Positions 32,068 through 41,443 of a stretch of 64,000 nucleotides of DNA are shown in pieces. This stretch comes from an uncultured Micromonospora sp. (GTDB lineage: Bacteria; Actinomycetota; Actinomycetes; Mycobacteriales; Micromonosporaceae). How positions within the stretch are numbered: position 1 is the stretch's first letter; each line of letters begins with the position of its first letter. The position numbers and the translations under genes were made by a program. The DNA lies in the NCBI GenBank assembly GCA_937951935.1, contig CALGAM010000133.1:1543-65542 (forward strand). The letters are read 5' to 3'. Below the pieces are notes generated by a model, which was not told where the DNA came from, made no database searches, and saw only the letters and a list, made by a program, of their open reading frames with translations.

Positions 32068-34436
32068 CAGATTCTGTCCCTCTCCGGCTCATCGAGCTCG
32101 CTGAGCAGACTGAACGGCTTGGTGGACTCGCCGGGGAGGGCGTCGCGCAGCTGGGGCGGGTAGGCGGCGTGCACGAACTGCTCCCACGAATCGGGGTGGA
32201 ACCATGCCTCCTGCAGCTGCTCCAGCGCCTCGCGCAACACGGCTGTGCGCTCCCGCAGACGACTCGCCCACGCCTCAAGGCCGGCGCGGACCACGGCGTT
32301 GGACAACGTGTACTGGAGCCGCGCGATGTTGACCTGGTGGCGGTCGGTGCCCGGGCCCGGCTCCGGGTGCCAGGCGAGGCGGTACTCGGGCCGGAGCGGG
32401 AACGGGTCACGAGCCTGGCCGGTGCTGTCCGGCTGGTCGGCGCTGTCCAGGCGGGCCTTGAGCCAGCCCACCGTCACGGCCTTGGCCAACTGCTCGCGAT
32501 GCTCGTCGAATGTGGGCACCAACCGGTCCCGCACCGGGTCGATCGCGGCGCGGAACGCGTCGGTGAGTCCAGCGAGCTCGCGTTTGCGCCTGGCCAGCCA
32601 GGTGAGCACCAGCAGATCGGCCACCTCCCGGCCGTCCTGGCAGGCCGCCGCGCGCGCCTGCGCGAAATCCTCACGCAGCTCGTCGCCGAGCACGGGCAGG
32701 CCGCGCGGGTTGGATCGGACCTGCTGTTGATCGACCGCTTCCCACACCCGCGGCCACAGCCGCCAGTTGCTCACCCGACGCAGCGCCCGGCGGGTCACCT
32801 CCTCCGGCCCGGTCAGCCCGTTCTCCAGGCGGTAGTCGCGCCGGAAAACGTCCAGGTCGCAGCGCTTCAGCGTGTCGAGCAGCTGGTTCCGGGCCGCCCA
32901 GCACACCTCCGCACGCAGCGTGTCGCGGTGCTGCTCCGCGTCGTCGCGCCGGCGCTCGTACCACGACCGCAGGGCGGCCTCGGCCGGCTCCAGCGCCGCG
33001 TCGAGCTCGACCTGGAGGTCGCGCAGCCGCTTCTCCTTGCGGGTCAGGCCGACGCGCACGGCGTGTCCGGTCAGCAGCTCGCGCAGTCGGCGGATGCCGC
33101 CGTCGATGCCGAAATCGGAGAGCGGGCCGGCGATCCCTCGGCGCTCGGCTCGGTCGCCGAGGGCGCCCCACGCCCGGGCCCGTCGGATCTTGGTCTGGCG
33201 CCAGTGATCCAGTGACTCTCCGGCCGGTGGCGGCACCGGCGGTGGAGCGTCCGCCGGGCCCAGCGCCCACGCGGTGACGGCCGACGCGAACACCACGTCG
33301 TTGCCGGCCAGTTCGTCGCCGCCGGTCGCGGTCGCCCACGCGGCGGCCAGGCCGCCCAGCGCGGGCGCGTGGCGGATGTCGTCGTCGGTGACGACGCCCA
33401 CCCGGGACTCCAGCTCGGGCGCGGCCGCCGGGTACTGGTCGAACTTGTTCACCACGACGATCGCGCGCTTCTGACCGCTGGCGGCGGCGAACTCACGCTG
33501 CAGCTCGGTGACGACGGCCGCGTCGGGGTGCAGCGGTTCCATGACCACGACGAACGCGTCCAGCTCCGACATGACGCGGCGCAGCAGCAGCTCGTCGCGG
33601 ATCTGTGCCTGGTCCGCGCCCCGCCCAGGGGTGTCGCAGAGCACCACGTGCTCGCCCGCGCGCTTCTCCAGCGGCCAGTACCGCTGCGGCACCGTGACCG
33701 TGATCTCCACCCGCTCGACCAGCCGGCGGCTCGTTTCGAGGGTCGCCGGGTCCTGCAGGCGCGCCGCCGGGATCGGCCCCGGCACGGGCCAGTGCGGGAC
33801 GGGCGGACGGAAGCCGGCGCCCCGGCCGATCATCAACAGGTGTCGCCGCGCCACGGGCCACGGCACCGTGGCCGGCGGGCTGCCGACGAGGTGGGGAAGG
33901 CCACAGACCGCGTCCCGCAGGTCGATCAGCTCCCACACCCGCGGCCGCAGCTCCGGACGGGGCCAGAGCACCTTCTCGCACCACGCGCTGAGCTGCGACC
34001 ACGACAGGCCCTCCGGGCCGGGCAGGTGGAACGGCGCCGCCTCCGCCCGCAACACCTTGACCAGCTCGTCCCGGTAGAGGTCGACCGTGGCCCGGTCGAG
34101 GTAGTGCACGGTCGCGTCGGGTGCGGGCGTGGTCGCCGGCACCTGCGCCACCACCGGGCGCACCTCGATGATCGCCCCGGTGGCCGCCTGGTCGGCGACG
34201 GGCAGCAGGCCGGCGTCGCCGAGGAGGAAGCCCACCAGCACGGACTTCCCGGTCTTGAAGCCACCGCCGAAACCGACCCGCACCGGCGCCTCGGCCGCTG
34301 CCTCGACCGCGGCCACGGCGTCCCTTACCCGAGCGACAAGGGCGGGGTCGATTTCGTCGCGCCCGGGGTGCTCCAGCACTCTGGCCGCATATTGGGTGGC
34401 GCGCTGGCGAATGCCGGGAATGCCTTCCGTGGACAT
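32067..34436 (-). CDS. Dynamin-like (TRAFAC) GTPase with helical C-terminus
   Basis: G1 GGFKTGKS, G2 AT, G3 DTPG, G4 NKFD; GGAGG RBS; TGATG overlap with the next gene. Confidence 0.85.
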   Translation of the reverse strand: MSTEGIPGIRQRATQYAARVLEHPGRDEIDPALVARVRDAVAAVEAAAEAPVRVGFGGGFKTGKSVLVGFLLGDAGLLPVADQAATGAIIEVRPVVAQVPATTPAPDATVHYLDRATVDLYRDELVKVLRAEAAPFHLPGPEGLSWSQLSAWCEKVLWPRPELRPRVWELIDLRDAVCGLPHLVGSPPATVPWPVARRHLLMIGRGAGFRPPVPHWPVPGPIPAARLQDPATLETSRRLVERVEITVTVPQRYWPLEKRAGEHVVLCDTPGRGADQAQIRDELLLRRVMSELDAFVVVMEPLHPDAAVVTELQREFAAASGQKRAIVVVNKFDQYPAAAPELESRVGVVTDDDIRHAPALGGLAAAWATATGGDELAGNDVVFASAVTAWALGPADAPPPVPPPAGESLDHWRQTKIRRARAWGALGDRAERRGIAGPLSDFGIDGGIRRLRELLTGHAVRVGLTRKEKRLRDLQVELDAALEPAEAALRSWYERRRDDAEQHRDTLRAEVCWAARNQLLDTLKRCDLDVFRRDYRLENGLTGPEEVTRRALRRVSNWRLWPRVWEAVDQQQVRSNPRGLPVLGDELREDFAQARAAACQDGREVADLLVLTWLARRKRELAGLTDAFRAAIDPVRDRLVPTFDEHREQLAKAVTVGWLKARLDSADQPDSTGQARDPFPLRPEYRLAWHPEPGPGTDRHQVNIARLQYTLSNAVVRAGLEAWASRLRERTAVLREALEQLQEAWFHPDSWEQFVHAAYPPQLRDALPGESTKPFSLLSELDEPERDRI

Positions 34437-34789
34437 GCCCCTCCGCCGATCCACTCAGACGGTCCGGATGCGCCGATCGTATTGGACGGCGCGCCTTCCG
34501 GGAATAGGTCAGTGGCTGCAGAAATCAGACTGACGCATACGTCCGACCCATCCGTTTACTCAGGGATGCGGCGCGCCGCCGCTCGGGCCGGCACGGCCGT
34601 CCCGTGCCGCACCGTCCACAGAAGAGACCCCGCGCCGCACCGTCCACAGGGGAGTGAATCCGGCCGCACGTCAGGAGGCCGGTCAACCGGTGGATCGCGT
34701 CGTGGACCGCGTAGCCCTACGGTCCGGCCCGGGACGTTCGCACCGTCCCGGGGCCGGAGCAGGTGCCGCCACCGCATCAAAGCGAGGAC

Positions 34790-35125
34790 CGGTGGTTTCG
34801 AGTGGTTGTTGCAACGAGGTAGGTGTCGAGGGCCTGGGCTGGTTTTGTTTGGTTGAGGATCTGGCGGGGTGGCCGTCGAGTTCGCGGGCGATGGTGTTGA
34901 GGTTGGTTTGGGGGTAGGTGCGGAAGTTGAAGGTGCTGCGGGGGAAATGTTCGCTCAGGAGATTATTGGTGTCTTCGTTGCTGCCGCGTTGCCGCAGGCG
35001 TGGGGTCGCAGAAGTAGACGCCGCGGTCGGCGGTGAGGGTGAAGGTGACGTGGTTGGTCGGTTTGCTGCCCTGGTCTCCGGTGTGGTCCTGCGTGGTTCG
35101 GTCGGTGGCCACGTCGTGAAATTGA
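34790..35125 (-). mobile_element. Degenerate IS30-family transposase 3' fragment and right end
   Basis: Frameshifted GDQGS...VYFCDP / QRGSNEDTNNLL...FP...IAREL, matching IS30 C-terminal motifs; TTGCAACAACCACTCGAAACC end-like sequence; lower GC. Confidence 0.75.
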
Positions 35126-35129
35126 TATT

Positions 35130-35504
35130 GAGAGCACGGCAAGGATCACGGTCCAGGGCCGGTGCCAACCCCAGAGACGGCACGCATCTACCGGCACCGC
35201 CACCTGCTGTGCGACCTGTGCTCGCGCCGCATGTTCGGCAAGACCAAGCGGCGACACCACAGGAACGAACCCCTGGTACGACACGCACCCAGACGCCTTG
35301 ACCGTGCGGGGACGCGATCCCTCACCTCGGAACCGGAGGCGCTAACCAGGACAGATAGGCATCGATCCAATGATCGGCAGGGAGGTCGTCGCCCAACTGC
35401 CACGGGCAGTCACCGCTTCTCGGCGGTGGCAGTCGGATGAGATCCGACAACGGGCCGGACGAGTACACCGGTGCTCACCCGGCTGTCCGGTCTGGTGTCT
35501 GACG
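35130..35504 (+). pseudogene. Remnant of a large serine recombinase (Zn-ribbon fragment)
   Basis: RQGSRS.../ YRHRHLLCDLCSRRMFGKTK resembles the recombinase Zn-ribbon; the region abuts the tRNA 3' end. Confidence 0.5.
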
Positions 35505-35576
35505 TGCCCCCGGCAGGATTCGAACCTGCGCACCCGCCTCCGGAGGGCGGTGCTCTATCCCCTGAGCTACGGGGGC
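35505..35576 (-). tRNA. tRNA-Arg(CCG)
   Basis: GCCCCCGTAGCTCAGGGGATAGAGCA-CCGCC-CTCCGGA-GGCGG-GTGCGCAGGTTCGAATCCTGCCGGGGGCA; CCA not encoded. Confidence 0.96.
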
Positions 35577-35767
35577 TTGGTGACCCAGGAAGAGTAGCAA
35601 ACAAGACCGCCCGGCGCCGAATCGGTATCCGTCGTGCCGGTCCGCGGTCGTGCGCGTGCCGTCTCCACGGGCCCGGGCCTCGAAGACGACCCGGTCGGTG
35701 GTGGCCCGATCGCCGGATGCCCGGGCCGGTGCGGTCGGGCCACTCCGCACCGGCCCGGGCGCATCGG

Positions 35768-36451
35768 CTACCGGCCGCAGCTGGGCAGCGCGTGTAGCAC
35801 GATGTGTGCGGGCAGCCGTCGGGGCCACTCGGCGCGGGTCCAGGAACCGTCGACGACGACGTGGATGCCCCGGCCGTCGGCGCCGCTGAGCCGCAGCAGG
35901 AAGTCCCGGGTCAGTGGCGGGTCGACGTTCGGGTTGGCGATGAGGAAGCGCACCTGGCCGCGGGCCGAGACCGCGGAGAGGACGTCGGCGGCCGGCACCA
36001 CGCCGTGCAGCCGGGTCCGCCCGATCCACCAGACGTCGGCCCGGTGCTCCAGTGCGGTGCGGAGGATCACCGGGTACTCCCGATCCACCCACGCCGCCAC
36101 CGCGTCGACGCAGAGCGCGCAGGCCCGGTCGGTCGGCTGGCGCGGTCCGAGGCCCCAGGCACGCAGGTAGCCGCCCATGTCCGCGGCGTCGACGGGGAGG
36201 CCGTACCGGCGCTGGGCGAGTGCGGTGACGCTGCGCCGCGTCCAGAGTTCCTCGTCGAGCCCGAGCTCGTCGGGATAACTGCCGCGGAGCGCCTCGATCA
36301 GGTCCAGTTCCTGGTCGCGGCTGAGTGCCCCGCCGACCTCGCCCGCCCGCTGGCCGCGGCGTACGGCCGCCACCGCGCCGTCGCCGCCAATGGTGTGTCG
36401 ACGGCACCAACTGGTGACCGACCGACGTCCGTCCCGGAGAGCAACCGTCAT
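35768..36451 (-). CDS. IS630-transposase-derived winged-helix protein, DDE apparently lost
   Basis: LWTRRSV...YLRAWGL.P..P..RA, W..REYP.I; WWIG where IS630 has WGDE. Confidence 0.6.
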   Translation of the reverse strand: MTVALRDGRRSVTSWCRRHTIGGDGAVAAVRRGQRAGEVGGALSRDQELDLIEALRGSYPDELGLDEELWTRRSVTALAQRRYGLPVDAADMGGYLRAWGLGPRQPTDRACALCVDAVAAWVDREYPVILRTALEHRADVWWIGRTRLHGVVPAADVLSAVSARGQVRFLIANPNVDPPLTRDFLLRLSGADGRGIHVVVDGSWTRAEWPRRLPAHIVLHALPSCGR

Positions 36452-36639
36452 GCCCTGGACAACGAGTACAGATCTGAACTAGTCACGTTATGTCGGTAGA
36501 AAGATGACTAAAACCGACATGACGGAACAAGGGGTACGGAGCCTGCTGGCGTGGGACCGCCGACGCCGGCGGGGCGGACGAAACAAACGGCGGCCCCTCC
36601 GTCTGTCGGAGGTGGCCGCCGTGGGTGTGTGTCGGTTCG

Positions 36640-37374
36640 CTACCGGGCGCCGCGCGCGGCGAGCAGCGAGTTGATCAGCTCGATCTCCTTCTTCTGCCCG
36701 TTCACCATCGACTGCGCCAACGCCGTCACCTGCTCGTCGTCGGTGAGTTCGAGAATCCCCTCGGCCATGTGGATGCCGCCGAGGTGGTGGTTGAGCATCA
36801 GCCGCAGGAAGAGGATGTCGAAGTCGCGTCCGGTGGCCGCGCGGAGCTGGGCCCGTTCGGCGTCGGTGGCCATCCCGGGCATCAACCCGTCCCTCACCGT
36901 CCCGGCACCGTCCGGCATCCAGGCCATCCGCGGCTGGCTGCTGGTCGGACTCAGGTTCCAGCTCTTCAGCCAGGTCTGCATGATCCCGATCTGGGCCTGC
37001 TGGGTGAGGACGATGTCGGCCGCGAGGGTCCGGACGTCCGGATCGGTGGTCCGCTCGTGCGCCAGGATCGACAGCTCGACCGCCTGCGCGTGGTGTGTCG
37101 ACATGTCCCGGGCGAACCCCGCCTCCGGCGAGTCGTTCCCGGGCCGGAACAGGCCCGGGGCGAGCAGGCCGGCGGCGAACCCGATCGCCAGGGCGAGCAC
37201 GACCCCGAGGAGCAGCAACCCGCTTCCCGGGCGACGGTCGGGCGTGCCCGCCCCGACACCCCCGGCCGGGCCACCCGTCGTCGGCCCGGCGGCCGCCGAC
37301 TCCTCGGCCTCCGACGCGGTACGCGGTTCCGTGTCTGCCGTCGCCATCGCTGCTCCACCGGTCGTCGTTGTCAT
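36640..37374 (-). CDS. DUF305 ferritin-like membrane protein
   Basis: FARDMSTHHAQAV, MPGMAT, FLRLMLNHHLGG. Confidence 0.88.
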   Translation of the reverse strand: MTTTTGGAAMATADTEPRTASEAEESAAAGPTTGGPAGGVGAGTPDRRPGSGLLLLGVVLALAIGFAAGLLAPGLFRPGNDSPEAGFARDMSTHHAQAVELSILAHERTTDPDVRTLAADIVLTQQAQIGIMQTWLKSWNLSPTSSQPRMAWMPDGAGTVRDGLMPGMATDAERAQLRAATGRDFDILFLRLMLNHHLGGIHMAEGILELTDDEQVTALAQSMVNGQKKEIELINSLLAARGAR

Positions 37375-37407
37375 CGAGCCGCCGCGCGTGGCGCCGCGGC
37401 CGGGCCG

Positions 37408-38295
37408 CTACATCGTGTCGCCGGCGACGTTGTCGCGCGGCGTGGTGCCGGTCGCGGTGATGCCGCCGGAGCAGGACGCGCCCGGCTCCACGCTGGCGTT
37501 GACCCGCAGCGCGTCGATGAACTCGTCGATGCGGCCGTCGTCGGCGTCGTCGACCTTGAGCTGGTAGCCCCAGGCCTGCAGCGAGATCGGCCGGTCGAGG
37601 TTCTCCACCGGGCTCATCATCATGTACTCGTTGCCGCGGACCTTGTTGGCCAGCTTCTCCACCTGGTCGGCCGGCAGGTCCGGTCGGTAGGTGATCCAGA
37701 CCGCGCCGTGCTCCAGGCTGTGCACCGCGTGCTCGTTGGCGATCGGCGCGTCGTAGACGTCGCCCATGCAGTTCTGCCAGGCGTTGTTGTGGGTGCTGCC
37801 GACCGGGGGGTTGATCTTGTAGGTCTGGGGGCCCGGCTCGTGCGACTTCTTGCCCGGCAGCGGGTCGATCACCGACGGGTCGCTCTCCCGGTAGTTGACG
37901 ATCCCGTCGATCGCCGCCGCCTTCTCCTCCCAGCTCCTGCCGTTCAGGATCACCGCGTACGCGCCGTACCCGATGATGCCGGCGGCGAGGAGCCCGACCG
38001 CGACGAAGATGCCGATGGTGCCCCACGAGCGGCCGTGGCCGACCTTGACGGGCGCGACCGGTCGGCGCTGCCGCGACTTCTTGCCGCCGGTGCGACCGGC
38101 CGGCACCCGTCCCTTGGAGGTGCTCTTCGCCGCCGGCCTCGTGCCGGTCGCCCTGCCGTCCGCGGCCGCCCTGTCCCCGGCCGCCGGACCACCCTCGGCG
38201 GTCTTCTCCGCGACGGCCTTGCCGGCCGGAGCCTTCTTGCCGGTGCTGACCACGGACGGACGGCGCTGTTCGCCGCCCGAGGTGCTGATGCTCAT
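37408..38295 (-). CDS. DUF3105 protein
   Basis: PPVGSTH, VHSLEHGAVWITY, ISLQAWG. Confidence 0.88.
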   Translation of the reverse strand: MSISTSGGEQRRPSVVSTGKKAPAGKAVAEKTAEGGPAAGDRAAADGRATGTRPAAKSTSKGRVPAGRTGGKKSRQRRPVAPVKVGHGRSWGTIGIFVAVGLLAAGIIGYGAYAVILNGRSWEEKAAAIDGIVNYRESDPSVIDPLPGKKSHEPGPQTYKINPPVGSTHNNAWQNCMGDVYDAPIANEHAVHSLEHGAVWITYRPDLPADQVEKLANKVRGNEYMMMSPVENLDRPISLQAWGYQLKVDDADDGRIDEFIDALRVNASVEPGASCSGGITATGTTPRDNVAGDTM

Positions 38296-38392
38296 GGGCC
38301 CTCGTCAGGTCGGTCGGTCAGGGGGATGGCGGCCGGCACACCCTGCAGGGTCGCCACCGGGTCCATGAGTCTACCCCCGATAGCATGTTTCG

Positions 38393-40054
38393 GTGACTCC
38401 CGCCAACCTCGCCGAGGCCGTACTCACCGCCGTCCGTGCCGTCTTCAGCCGGCGCGGGCTCGATTCGTCCGTCCTGCCCGAGTCGGTGACGCTGGAGCGA
38501 CCGCGCAATCCCGAGCACGGCGACTACGCCTCGACCATCGCCCTGCAACTGGCCAAACGGGTCGGCATGCCCCCCCGGGACCTCGCCGCCGCCGTCGCCG
38601 AGGAGCTGAGCCGGACTCCGGGGGTCAAATCGGTCGATGTCGCCGGGCCCGGCTTCCTCAACCTCCGGCTCGACCCGGCCGCCGCCGGGCAGCTCGCCCG
38701 TGAGGTGGTGCTGGCCGGCCAGGCGTACGGGCGCAGCGACCGGCTCGCCGGGACGCGGGTGAACCTGGAGTTCGTCTCGGCCAACCCGACCGGCCCGATC
38801 CACCTCGGGCACACCCGGTGGGCGGCGGTCGGCGACGCCCTGCGCCGGATCCTCGCCGCCGCCGGTGCCGAGGTGACCAGCGAGCACTACATCAACGACG
38901 CCGGCAGCCAGATCGACCGGTTCGCCCGGTCGCTGTACGCGGCGGCGAAGGGTGAGCCCACCCCCGAGGACGGGTATGTGGGCGAGTACGTCGCCGAGAT
39001 CGCCGCCCGGGTCGTCGCCGAGCGCCCCGACGTGCTCGACCTGCCGATCGACGACGCGGTCGCGGTCTTCCGGGACCGCGGCTACCAGCTGATGTTGGAG
39101 GAGATGCGGGCCAGCCTGGAGCGGTTCGGGGTGCGTTTCGACGTGTGGTTCTCCGAGCGCACCCTGCACACCAGCGGGGCGGTCGACCACGCCCTGGCCC
39201 GGCTGCGTGAGCAGGGCCACGTCTACGAGGCCGACGGCGCGGTCTGGCTGCGCACCACCGCCTTCGACGACGACAAGGACCGGGTGCTCGTCCGCCGCAA
39301 CGGCGAGGTGACGTACTTCGCCGCCGACTCGGCGTACTACATCAACAAGCGGGAGCGCGGCTTCGACAAGTGCGTCTACCTGCTCGGCGCCGACCACCAC
39401 GGCTACGTCAACCGGCTGCGGGCGATCGCGGCCTGCGCCGGCGACGACCCCGACTACAACATCGAGATCCTGATCGGCCAGCTCGTCAACCTGGTCCGCA
39501 ACGGCGAGCCGGTCCGGCTGTCCAAGCGCGCCGGCACCATCATCACCCTGGACGAGCTGATCGACGCGGTCGGCGTGGACGCGGCCCGCTACTCGCTGGC
39601 CCGCTCCTCGACCGACTCCCCGCTGACCCTCGACATCGAGGTGATCACCCGGAACTCCAACGACAACCCGGTCTACTACGTCCAGTACGCGCACGCCCGG
39701 ATCGCCTCGCTGCTGCGCATGGCCGCCGAGCTGGGGTTCGACCGGGGTACCGACTTCGACCCGGGGCTGCTCAGCCACGAGCGGGAGGGCGACCTGCTCA
39801 GGACGCTCGGCGAGTTCCCCACCGTGGTCGCCACCGCCGCCGAGCTGCGCGAGCCGCACCGGGTCGCCCGCTACCTGGAGGAGCTGGCCGGGACGTACCA
39901 CCGGTTCTACGACGCCTGCCAGGTGCTGCCCCGCGCGGACCGACCGGTGCCGCAGGAGCTGACCCGGGCCCGGCTCTGGCTGGTCGAGGCGTCCCGGATC
40001 GTGCTGGCCAACGGGTTGTCGCTGCTCGGCGTCTCCGCCCCCGAGAGGATGTGA
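38393..40054 (+). CDS. argS: Arginine--tRNA ligase
   Basis: [43 protein letters not shown]. Confidence 0.97.
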   Translation: MTPANLAEAVLTAVRAVFSRRGLDSSVLPESVTLERPRNPEHGDYASTIALQLAKRVGMPPRDLAAAVAEELSRTPGVKSVDVAGPGFLNLRLDPAAAGQLAREVVLAGQAYGRSDRLAGTRVNLEFVSANPTGPIHLGHTRWAAVGDALRRILAAAGAEVTSEHYINDAGSQIDRFARSLYAAAKGEPTPEDGYVGEYVAEIAARVVAERPDVLDLPIDDAVAVFRDRGYQLMLEEMRASLERFGVRFDVWFSERTLHTSGAVDHALARLREQGHVYEADGAVWLRTTAFDDDKDRVLVRRNGEVTYFAADSAYYINKRERGFDKCVYLLGADHHGYVNRLRAIAACAGDDPDYNIEILIGQLVNLVRNGEPVRLSKRAGTIITLDELIDAVGVDAARYSLARSSTDSPLTLDIEVITRNSNDNPVYYVQYAHARIASLLRMAAELGFDRGTDFDPGLLSHEREGDLLRTLGEFPTVVATAAELREPHRVARYLEELAGTYHRFYDACQVLPRADRPVPQELTRARLWLVEASRIVLANGLSLLGVSAPERM

Positions 40055-40057
40055 GGC

Positions 40058-41443
40058 ATGCGGGCGCACGAGGCGGGCGCGCTGCACGGCGACCTCGGGT
40101 CCCGGGGGCCGGCGTGGCTGCGTACCCCGGACGACGTCAACGCGCTGGTGCCGCAGCTGTGGCCGCGGAACGTGGCACGCGGCGCCGACGGCGCGCTGCG
40201 GGTCGCCGGCCTGGACGTCCGCGAGCTGGCCGCCGAGTACGGCACCCCCGTCTACGTCCTCGACGAGGACGACCTGCGGGCCCGGTGCCGGGAGTTCCGG
40301 GTGGCCTTCCCGGACGAGGAGATCTTCTACGCCGGGAAGGCGTTCATCTGCCGGGCGGTGGTCCGGATCATCGCCGAGGAGGGCCTGCACCTCGACGTCT
40401 GCACCGGCGGGGAGCTGGCGGTGGCGCTGGCCGCCGGGATGCCGCCGGAGCGGATCGGCTTCCACGGCAACAACAAGTCGGTGTCGGAGCTGCGCCGCGC
40501 CCTGGACGCGGGCGTGGGACGCATCATCGTCGACTCGTTCCACGAGATCGACCGGTTGACCGCGCTGGCCCGGGACCGCGGGGTCCGGCCCCGGGTGCTG
40601 GTCCGGGTCACGGTCGGGGTCGAGGCGCACACCCACGAGTTCATCGCCACCGCGCACGAGGACCAGAAGTTCGGCTTCTCGCTGGCCGGCGGCGCCGCCG
40701 CCGAGGCGGCGTTGCGGATCCTCGACGAGGACGTCCTGGAGCTGCGCGGGCTGCACTCGCACATCGGGTCGCAGATCTTCGACACCAGCGGGTTCGAGGT
40801 CGCGGCCCGGCGGGTGCTCGGGCTGCAGGCGCAGATCCGCGACGCGCGCGGGGTCGAGCTGCCCGAGCTGGACCTCGGGGGCGGCTTCGGCATCGCGTAC
40901 ACCACGCAGGACGACCCGTCGCCGCCGCACGAGCTGGCGAAGCGGCTGCGCAGGATCGTCGAGGGGGAGTGCGAGAGCCAGCGGCTGGCCGTGCCGCGGC
41001 TCTCGATCGAGCCGGGTCGGGCGATCGTCGGCCCGGCCGTCTTCACCCTCTACGAGGTCGGCACGGTCAAGGACGTGGACGGGATCCGGACGTACGTCAG
41101 CGTCGACGGCGGGATGAGCGACAACATCCGGACCGCGCTGTACGACGCGTCGTACTCGGCGACCGTCGCCTCCCGGGCGTCGGCGGCCGAGCCGATCCTC
41201 GCCCGGGTGGTGGGAAAGCATTGCGAGGCCGGGGACGTGGTGGTGAAGGATGAATTCCTGCCCGCCGACGTGCAGCCCGGAGATCTTCTCGCCGTGCCCG
41301 GGACGGGCGCCTACTGCCGGAGCATGGCCAGCAACTACAACCATGTGCCCCGGCCGCCCGTCGTCGCGGTCCGGGACGGCCGGGCGCGGCTGATCGTCCG
41401 GCGGGAGACCGAAGACGATCTGCTGGCATTGGATGTGGGATGA
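40058..41443 (+). CDS. lysA: Diaminopimelate decarboxylase
   Basis: YAGKAF, HGNNKS, HSHIGSQ, EPGR, HCEAGD. Confidence 0.96.
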   Translation: MRAHEAGALHGDLGSRGPAWLRTPDDVNALVPQLWPRNVARGADGALRVAGLDVRELAAEYGTPVYVLDEDDLRARCREFRVAFPDEEIFYAGKAFICRAVVRIIAEEGLHLDVCTGGELAVALAAGMPPERIGFHGNNKSVSELRRALDAGVGRIIVDSFHEIDRLTALARDRGVRPRVLVRVTVGVEAHTHEFIATAHEDQKFGFSLAGGAAAEAALRILDEDVLELRGLHSHIGSQIFDTSGFEVAARRVLGLQAQIRDARGVELPELDLGGGFGIAYTTQDDPSPPHELAKRLRRIVEGECESQRLAVPRLSIEPGRAIVGPAVFTLYEVGTVKDVDGIRTYVSVDGGMSDNIRTALYDASYSATVASRASAAEPILARVVGKHCEAGDVVVKDEFLPADVQPGDLLAVPGTGAYCRSMASNYNHVPRPPVVAVRDGRARLIVRRETEDDLLALDVG

